In this document: positions 11,311 through 20,000 of the stretch, in pieces
How the letters are laid out: each line of letters starts with the position of its first letter
Position numbering within the stretch: position 1 is the stretch's first letter
DNA from: Lama guanicoe
Taxonomy: Eukaryota
Length of the DNA: 20,000 bases
Direction: 5' to 3'
Assembly: GCA_013239625.1 (NCBI GenBank)
Contig: MU054117.1
Location: forward strand, 5,291,191-5,311,190
Position numbers and translations under genes: made by a program
The notes under the pieces: generated by a model
What the model was told of the DNA's origin: nothing
Database searches by the model: none
Seen by the model: only the letters and a program-made list of their open reading frames with translations

Positions 11311-11446
11311 TTCCTTTTTGGAGGGGTAATTAGGTTTTAATGTATTTCTTTACTATTTATTTTTGTTCTGGAAATATTGGGGATTGAACCCAGGACCCCG
11401 TTCATGCTACGCATGTGCTCTACCGCTGAGCAATACCCTCCCTCCC
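11311..11446 (-). mobile_element. tRNA-derived SINE, camelid Vic-1-like
   Basis: Reverse complement reads GGGAGGGTATTGCTCAGCGGTAGAGCACATGCGTAGCATGAACGGGGTCCTGGGTTCAATCCCCAATATTTCCA...AAACCTAATTACCCCTCC, with Pol III A box and B box (GGTTCAATCC). It is flanked by near-identical tttgtttcttttc (11298-11310) and tttgttttcttttc (11447-11460), a putative target-site duplication. Confidence 0.8.
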
Positions 11447-11623
11447 TTTGTTTTCTTTTCCCCCTTGTTGAATGATGAATTTTATGTCTTTTCAGAAAAA
11501 TGAGGCTTAAATGATTTTTTCTGTGTCTTTGCCTTATATTTGATTGATTTTTATAATTATATCTATTATTGGTCTACTTTCTATGGGTCAGATTTGATGT
11601 GCATTGTCTTTGTTTATAGTTAC

Positions 11624-11805
11624 TTTTTTTTCACTTTTTTTATTGAAATGCAGTCAATTACAATGTGTCAATTTCTGGTGTACAGCACAGTGTCCCAGTC
11701 GTGCACATACATACATGTATCCGTTTTCATATTTTTTTCATTAGAGGTTATTACATGATATTGAACATAGTTCCCTGTGCTATACTGGAGAAATTTTTTT
11801 TTATA
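11624..11805 (-). mobile_element. Short LINE-1 3'-end fragment (younger, lineage-specific type)
   Basis: Poly-T followed by ttattgaaatgcagtcaattacaatgtgtcaatttctggtgtacagca...atattgaacatagttccctgtgctatac, a typical antisense artiodactyl L1 3' terminus. Confidence 0.75.
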
Positions 11806-12479
11806 GCTGGGTATGTTTGATTGACATACATTGTAGATGAAAAATTGCAGAACTTCTTCAGACAGGATCTTACTTGCTGCCTCCAGGCCCCTGATTTAGG
11901 GAGTGGATGACCTCATTTAAAAGAAAGTGAAGTAGTTGCAGCCGGGCATCCGACCCTGTGAGGAACAGTCTATTTCCAGTTCACTCTTCCTTCTGTGATG
12001 CAAGTGTTCCCGTTAAAAGGGCTCCTCCTCATTGCTGGACCCTGAATGACGGTTTGTGCTCCCCGAGCTCTGAGAGTCTGCAGAGTCTCTGATGAGCTTC
12101 TCAGAGACTCACCTTTTACATGTCAATTGACAAAGGCCTCAGAAGAGGTGGCTCACCTCTGCCTTCCACATCGGAGAGCATGGGTCCAAATACTCTCACC
12201 GCCTTGGGAGCTCTCAGCACTGCCCCCCAAATATTGATACTTTCTCGGTTTTGTAAACTCATTCTTCGTGAAATGCTTGGCTTAAAACAGAAATTCTGGC
12301 ACCGTCAGAAGCAGAACGCTCCATTGAGAAGGTGACCTCTAAATAGGGTAACTTCACTGCTATGTTACAGCTTTCATCTCAGACCTGATCAGCAGGTCAT
12401 TATTTGGTTTAATTCAATTTCCTGTTCTTCAACCCGCTGATCATTGCTGTTCCTGCAGGAAACCAGACCCAGGTGCTGC

Positions 12480-13010
<531 letters not shown>

Positions 13011-13107
13011 CTGAGGGAGAGTAGCTGGCAGGGCCAGAGGAGGAAGCCCCTTGCCTGGAGCCCGTCTTTCCAGTCTGTCTTTACTCTCCAGTAAGTTCTG
13101 GAGACCC

Positions 13108-13615
13108 TACTGGTATTGTAATGACACCACGGACTGAGTAGTAAAAAAAATCAGGGGTATATGTACTATATTACCGCTGTGCAGGTTAGACATCTGACAG
13201 GGGTCATGGTGGGCTGATGTCAAGGTGTCCACAGGGCTGCATTCTACCTGGAGCCTCTGGGGAGAATTCCTCAGCCTTTTCTAGTTTCTGAAGGCGGCAT
13301 GAATTCCTTGGCTCAGACCTCCTTCTCTTTTTCTTCAGACAGACAACCTTGCCTCCACCGATCATTCTTCCATGTCTCATCTCCCTCTAATCACAGTCAG
13401 GGAAAGGATTTCAATTTTAAGGATAGTGGATGGGAAAGTGCCATTAGACTGGGCTCACATGTTAATCCACAATATCCCATCTTAATCTGACCATCCCATG
13501 GCCCCTGACTTAATCATATGTGTAAAATCCCTTTTGCCAGATAAGGTAGCATTTTCACAGGTTCCAGGGACTGGGATGCGGACGTCTTCGGGGGGTCCAC
13601 CCTTCTGCCTGCCTC
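13108..13615. mobile_element. MaLR LTR (MLT1C/D-like)
   Basis: tcaaggtgtccacagggctgcattc...ttccttggctc...aaaatcccttttgccagataaggtagca...cacaggttccagggactgggatgcggacgtcttcggggg matches MLT1 LTR motifs. Confidence 0.7.
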
Positions 13616-13926
13616 CCTACTATCCACATCCCTTTCACATCCTCTTCCCAGGGTTTTTCAGGAAGTGAGATTCAGCTCCCCCTCCCTGCAGGGTGCCCAG
13701 ATCAGTGTCCCTCTCAGTCCATTTTCCATCACATCATTGCAGCAGAAATTGAAAGACAGAGACAAATGGACTAAGTCAGGTAAAAGGGAGACCAATTTCA
13801 GTCTTGTCACCTATTGAGTATCTCCTCAGCAGGGTCAGGGATGAGTGTTCACAATTTCTATGAGAGGAGCACCCAGACTGTTGAGTGGAGTGTCAACTGT
13901 GCCCTGTCTCCCCCTTTCAATTTTAG

Positions 13927-14241
13927 AGTTCCTGGCCCTGAGGATGGTGAGCGAGGATCAGGAGTGTGCCGGGTGGCTGGAAGTCTTCTACAACGGGACT
14001 TGGGGCAGTGTCTGCCACAGCCCCATGGATGACTTCACCTTGTCCATTGTCTGCAGCCAGCTTGGCTGTGGGGACAGGGGACAATTGGACACTTCTGTTG
14101 CCTTAAGGGAAGGTTCTAGACCCCGGTGGGTAGATTTAATCCAGTGTCGGAGAACTGATACCTCTCTCTGGGAGTGTCCTTCTGACCCTTGGAAATACAA
14201 TTCCTGTTCTCCAAAGGAGGAAGCTTACGTCTCCTGTGCAG
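13927..14241 (+). CDS. WC1: WC1 SRCR domain e exon (315 nt)
   Basis: tttcaattttag|AG ... GCAG|gtaact; EFLALRMVSEDQECAGWLEVFYNGTWGSVCHSPMDD...SLWECPSDPWKYNSCSPKEEAYVSCA. Confidence 0.95.
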
Positions 14242-14664
14242 GTAACTTACTGCCTGTTTCTAAGTTCAGTTTGGATGTTGCTAATGAGATTTTATATTTT
14301 CAAATCTAAGTGATGACTTTAAGTTGCATGTACAAAGTGAAGTGTGGATAAAGATTATCTAACCCATATTGTTTCAAAGGATAAAGTAAAAAAAACCTAC
14401 GCTGACAGCAGTTTATGTGAAACATACCAGGGAGATTGGGCTGAACTGTGGGAAGCATAAATAATACTCAGACTTTCTAAGCAATTGTTAAGTAACTACG
14501 AGTAGTTATTGATATGCCCAGTACCTTAACGTAGGTAGGGACAGAGCAGAGAATCAGTCCTGATTGCTCTGTCTCGTAAACGCTGGGTGTTTGACTCTGA
14601 ATTGCATCTACACCAGCTAGACTGACTCTGAAGACGGTTTGCTGGTAGATTGGAATTGAGTGTC

Positions 14665-15050
14665 TTGTAGGTAAAAATCTATATTCCAGGCAAGAGGACA
14701 GAGAAGAGAAAAGATATAGTCAGTGCTCTCATGGCACTTACAATCCAGTGCGGAAATCTCCCATTAGACAGGAATTTCAAGAGTCGTGAAGAATGAGAAA
14801 GTGCTATGGAAGTGTGTGATTGGGGCAAAAGTAGAAATCATGCTTACCTGGAGAACTGAAGGATGAGTAAGGGTTTCTTAAAGGAAGAAAATGGAGAGAT
14901 CTTTTTGGTCCATGTAAGTCCTGCTGTGGGAGGAAACATGGTGTCTTAGAGGTACTGAGAAAATTGCATCCTGGCCAGAGCAGAAAGAGGGTGAGAGGCT
15001 GTGCTGCAGGATTCCCGTGGAGTGATGAGCAGAGCCCGATAACTCTGGGA
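14665..15050 (-). mobile_element. LINE-2 fragment
   Basis: gtgctctcatggcacttacaatccagtg...agtgctatggaag...tgaaggatgagtaagg...ggccagagcag is L2-like. Confidence 0.5.
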
Positions 15051-15689
15051 GGCAGGACCCAAGAAAACCATCCCGTTAAAGAGGAATTTGTTTATCCTCT
15101 TGGCTGGGACATCATGTAGAACCTCTGAGAGGTCATTGGGCTCAAGTTGCCATATCTTCCTGCTTGAATTTATCTCTTCTAAGACACCCTCAGAATCCCA
15201 GTGTCCTTGGCTGAACCTTCATCCTCTGGGCTTTTCTTCCACTACCGTGCACTCATCTGTCCGCCTCATCTTACTCGCCCACAGTGTTCTGCAGAGTTTG
15301 CTGGAATTTGGAGCCCATCTTCCTTAAATTCCCTTATACCCTCAGTGGTCCCTTCACTTCCATGTTCTCATCAAAACCTGATTTTTTCTCCTGAAAACAC
15401 TGACTTTTGTATCGATTGGAGGCTGTGTATTTCTCTTTTCACACAGTTTTGTCTGGAGTGCGACTTGGAGTAGGGAGCTCCTTGTCCCGAGGTGAATTTC
15501 AACAATTCCTCTCCTGTTTCTTCTCAACCTGCAGCTCATCCAGCAGCTAGAGCACCAGGCTCACCAGGTTCTTCATCGACGTCTTATTCCTGGAACCATT
15601 AGTAGTTACTCGACACCCTTAAACAGAACTGAGACAAATCTCCACCTCATTGTTTGTTGTTTTTATTCTTACTGGGTTGCACCTCCTGT

Positions 15690-16992
15690 GTTCAACCCTT
15701 ATGTCTTAGACGTTCTCAGGGCTCAGTGTCAGACTCTTTACTCGTTTTTATCTATACTCCCTCCCTACGGCCCATGCCCTAAACGATATGTGTATACTGA
15801 CAAGTCTCAGATATACGCCTCTGCAACTGAGGTCGGCCTTTATCTCCAAACTCATATATTCCATGGCTACCTGACATCTCCAGCTGAATATCAATAGACC
15901 ACTCAGATTTAGTCCGGAACAGAATGTTGATTCTACCTTAGCAACATCTGCTCCTAACTTTCCTCCACTATTATTCTCCCCTCTAAAGTTAATGTCACTA
16001 CCGTTACTCAGTTCCTTAAGCTCAATGTACAGGAGTCAACCTTTATCTCTCCTGTTCCCTCACCCTCTGCTTTCAGTGTAGCAGCACGTTCTGTTGGCTC
16101 TATCTTCAAATATATCCTTAGTCCTTGTGTTCCTCTATGTTCACTATCATCTTGGTCTGGGAAAGATGATCTCTGTCCGGATTATTCCAACAGTTTCTGG
16201 CAGTCATGTAGGTCCATTCTTCCCCTTCCTTAATATATTCTTTCTCTGTCAGGTAGAGAGCGATTTTTAAAATGCCTTTTNNNNNNNNNNNNNNNNNNNN
16301 NNNNNNNNNNNNNNNNNNNNNNNNNNNNNNNNNNNNNNNNNNNNNNNNNNNNNNNNNNNNNNNNNNNNNNNNNNNNNNNNNNNNNNNNNNNNNNNNNNNN
16401 NNNNNNNNNNNNNNNNNNNNNNNNNNNNNNNNNNNNNNNNNNNNNNNNNNNNNNNNNNNNNNNNNNNNNNNNNNNNNNNNNNNNNNNNNNNNNNNNNNNN
16501 NNNNNNNNNNNNNNNNNNNNNNNNNNNNNNNNNNNNNNNNNNNNNNNNNNNNNNNNNNNNNNNNNNNNNNNNNNNNNNNNNNNNNNNNNNNNNNNNNNNN
16601 NNNNNNNNNNNNNNNNNNNNNNNNNNNNNNNNNNNNNNNNNNNNNNNNNNNNNNNNNNNNNNNNNNNNNNNNNNNNNNNNNNNNNNNNNNNNNNNNNNNN
16701 NNNNNNNNNNNNNNNNNNNNNNNNNNNNNNNNNNNNNNNNNNNNCCTCTTGTAGCAATTCCTCTGCCCAGACTAATTTGCATTTTACAGCACATTTTAAT
16801 GCTTTTCATAGTTTATTACTATGTGAAATGACCTTTTTCATGTTTATTATCCATCTCTCTTATTTTTTTGTAAAATACCATGGCCCCAAGGACTTTGACT
16901 GACTGAATGTGGTATTCATCACTGTGTTTTCAGTGCTGTGACAGTACCTGGCATTACAGTAGATAATAAACAGTCATTGAATGAATGAATAA
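15690..16992 (+). mobile_element. LINE-2 (L2a-like) 3' region, interrupted by N-gap 16281-16743
   Basis: ctctatcttcaaatatatcc and the terminal acagtacctggcattacagtagataataaacagtcattgaatgaatgaat, the L2 3' end with TGAA repeats. Confidence 0.7.
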
Positions 16993-17049
16993 CCGTTTTT
17001 ATTGTGTGGTCCAAACTAAAAGTATTTTCATGAGAGTGTAATTAAAACT

Positions 17050-17600
17050 AATTGAAAGGTTTTTAGGCTATGAGTTAAATTAAGCAGTTTTGCGTTAAGA
17101 AAGTATCTCTTGAGTACAGTATAAATTAAGGGTTATTGCAGGAGAAATGCAGATTGTATAATGGTGACTTGGGATATCTTGCAGGAGTCAAGGGTGACTG
17201 CTAGAAGGGTGGTAGTGCCTGTTCTTAATACAGGAAATGCAGAAACTCATGGAAAGGATCCCATGGATTCAGTTTTGGGTACATTACATTCCAAGTAGAT
17301 GAGACGCTTAAGTGGAGATGTCATTAGGCATTTAGAACTATGGTATTTCAGTTTTGAAAGGAAATCCAGTTGGGAGACATAAATTTGGGAGTTATCATAG
17401 AGGTGTTTAGATAGGGATAGATGAGATCATTGGAAAAATAAACCCTTTAAGACAGAATCCAATGAACACTAACTTTTGAAAGCTAGGTAATCTTTGTTTG
17501 TCCTTGAATGTCCTAATGAGAACACTTTTGAGAGTGGGAGTGGAAATCAAAAATAAAAGTATAAAAAATAAGGTAACGGTGAAAAATACACACATCTTCT
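17050..17600 (-). mobile_element. LINE-2 fragment
   Basis: ttcagttttgggtacatt...agtggagatgtcattaggcattt...gagacataaatttgggagttatca...atagatgagatca is L2-like. Confidence 0.55.
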
Positions 17601-18249
17601 TTGAGAAATAGTGAAGGGCAAAGAATGAAAAGTAAAATGCAGGAGTGTTGTATCCAATGTTGGGAGTAAATTTGTTTTAATTACCAGGTTGATCAATTCA
17701 TTGATGCACCGTAGGGTGAACCTCCTTTAAAAGGGATGCTGGCACATTTCATCATCTAAGTGCATTGTGTCCAGTGCAAAGCAACTGGAAACTGTGTCAG
17801 AGGGAGTCTGTAATCAGACCAGTTAGCATGAATTCCAGAGTAGGTGTAGATGGATTATTGACCTCAGGCTTTGAAGGACTTTCCCACAGAAGAGGGAGGA
17901 GACTTGCCAGAGCTTCTCCGGAGGCAGGACCCTGATGATGGATGGAGGTTAGAAATCTGTGCTCTTCCTCGGTACAAGTAGCCTAAGGGAATGTCACCCC
18001 TGTGATGATCCCCAAGGAAAAGAACAATACTGCCAGATGAAAGAAGACTGGGGGCATGAAGGGATGGCCAGGCCTTATGTCCCCTTTTGCCTGCCTCTGT
18101 GTCTCTTCCCTGCAGCGGGCAGACTTCCTCCTGCTAGACTTGTGCCATGCTTGGCACTACGGATGTTGTGTCCTTTGCACTAGTTTGATTTATGCTGAGA
18201 GAGAGACCAGGTCCTTTCTCTTTCACCTAAATTACAAAGACATTCCTAG

Positions 18250-18756
18250 CTTATTGTAAATAGAGAAGACATATAAAACATAAAAAGATAAATGAATCAC
18301 ATCTCATGAGCTCTTGTCCATCTATATCCTCCTGATGCAAACAAGATGAATGGACTGATATATGCTATTCCTCAAATTCCTCCACCTTCATATAAACATA
18401 TGTAAACTCATATGCCGATAAAAGAGTTCATGTTGAACTTGTATTATTATTTATTTTTACACGATTGGAATTATATTATCCACATTATTGTTCAATTTGC
18501 TTTTTATCACTTGAATCTCATGGATATTCCTCCAGGTAGCGCTAACTCATTTGTAAAGCAATGGCTTAATATCTCATTCATGAGAGGTTGGTACTCCAGT
18601 TCATAGGACCATTTGCCCATTTATTGGCAATTTGATTGCTTTTAACTTCCCCCCTCTACAAATAATTCTGTAGTAAGGATTTTTGTACATGTATCACTAT
18701 ACGCCATTGAATTTGCTACTTAAGATTACTGCAAATGTTGATATTATTAGATCAAA

Positions 18757-18801
<45 letters not shown>

Positions 18802-18890
18802 GACACATGTCCATGTACACATGTGCATAGATAGAAACAGAACCAATTTTTCATAGATATTGTCCAATGACTTTCTAGGACTAATCACTT
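18250..18890 (-). mobile_element. Old LINE-1 (L1ME/L1MC-like) fragment
   Basis: ttgttcaatttgctttttatcacttgaat...caatttgattgcttttaactt...tacaaataattctgtagtaaggatttttgtacatgtatc are antisense old-L1 motifs. Confidence 0.55.
18759..18795 (+). repeat. (AT)n microsatellite, ~18 units
   Basis: Uninterrupted at repeat. Confidence 0.97.
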
Positions 18891-19024
18891 CCAGTTGTCT
18901 TCATATCTAGATAGGAAATGCTGGGATTTCTCTATAACTTGACTATTAACTTAGGCCAAACCATATGGAAATGCCAAGACCAATAAGCTTACAAAAACCC
19001 GCAAGTCTCATCCTGAGAGAAACT

Positions 19025-19370
19025 TTATTTATCTATTTGTTCACTCAGTAAACATCAAGCCTCTATCACAGTCCTTAGAGAAGGTTCTCCATACATACTT
19101 GAATGAGTGCGTACGCAGTGCAGGGCACGGTCCTAACAGCAGACACACAAGGTGAACAAGATATGAAGGTCCTTCTTCAAGGGGGGCTTTCATTTAGGGG
19201 TTTGTGTGAGTTTGTGTAGATGTCTGTGTTTGTATTTGTTGTGGGGTGTGGAGAGTGATAAACAACAGATAAAGTCATTTCAGCTGGTGATGAGATCCAG
19301 TGAATGTCTGAGCCCAGTAGACGATGAAGCCTGTGTTGTAACTCATCCTTTGAACTGAGCCAAGGACGCT
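19025..19370 (-). mobile_element. Degraded LINE-2 fragment
   Basis: ttatttatctatttgttcactcagtaaacat...gtgaacaagata...gtccttcttcaaggggggctttcatt resembles an antisense L2 3' end. Confidence 0.4.
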
Positions 19371-19376
19371 GGATAA

Positions 19377-19995
<619 letters not shown>

Positions 19996-20000
19996 TAGCT

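Noticed and set aside
11370..11446. tRNA-like A and B boxes
   Set aside because: Head of a SINE with an A-rich tail and TSD-like flanks, not a tRNA gene.
16230..16809. Long ORFs of 160-180 aa
   Set aside because: Almost entirely N-gap read-through.

Overview
Mammalian genomic DNA, most likely camelid, judging from a tRNA-derived SINE at ~11.3-11.45 kb that resembles the camelid Vic-1 type as I recall it. The window holds the extracellular-domain part of one + strand WC1-family gene (gamma-delta T-cell co-receptor, group B scavenger receptor cysteine-rich/CD163 family). Eight phase 1-1 exons with canonical AG/GT boundaries can be read: SRCR a1 (6202-6522), b (8681-8989), c (9082-9402), interdomain 1 (12459-12551), d (12628-12942), e (13927-14241), interdomain 2 (19446-19487) and d' (19579-19885). 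This is the short six-SRCR a1-b-c-d-e-d' layout, not the 11-domain ruminant form. Transmembrane and cytoplasmic exons would lie beyond the window, and no canonical WC1 leader exon is seen. Two exons (c and d') show apparent 5-nt frameshifting deletions, both next to N-gaps, so pseudogene versus assembly error is unresolved. Introns are filled with ordinary L1, L2, MIR, MaLR, MER63-like and SINE relics and microsatellites. I see no evidence of a wholly new biological system. The interesting points concern this immune-receptor paralogue. All homology calls are from recalled family sequences, not database searches.
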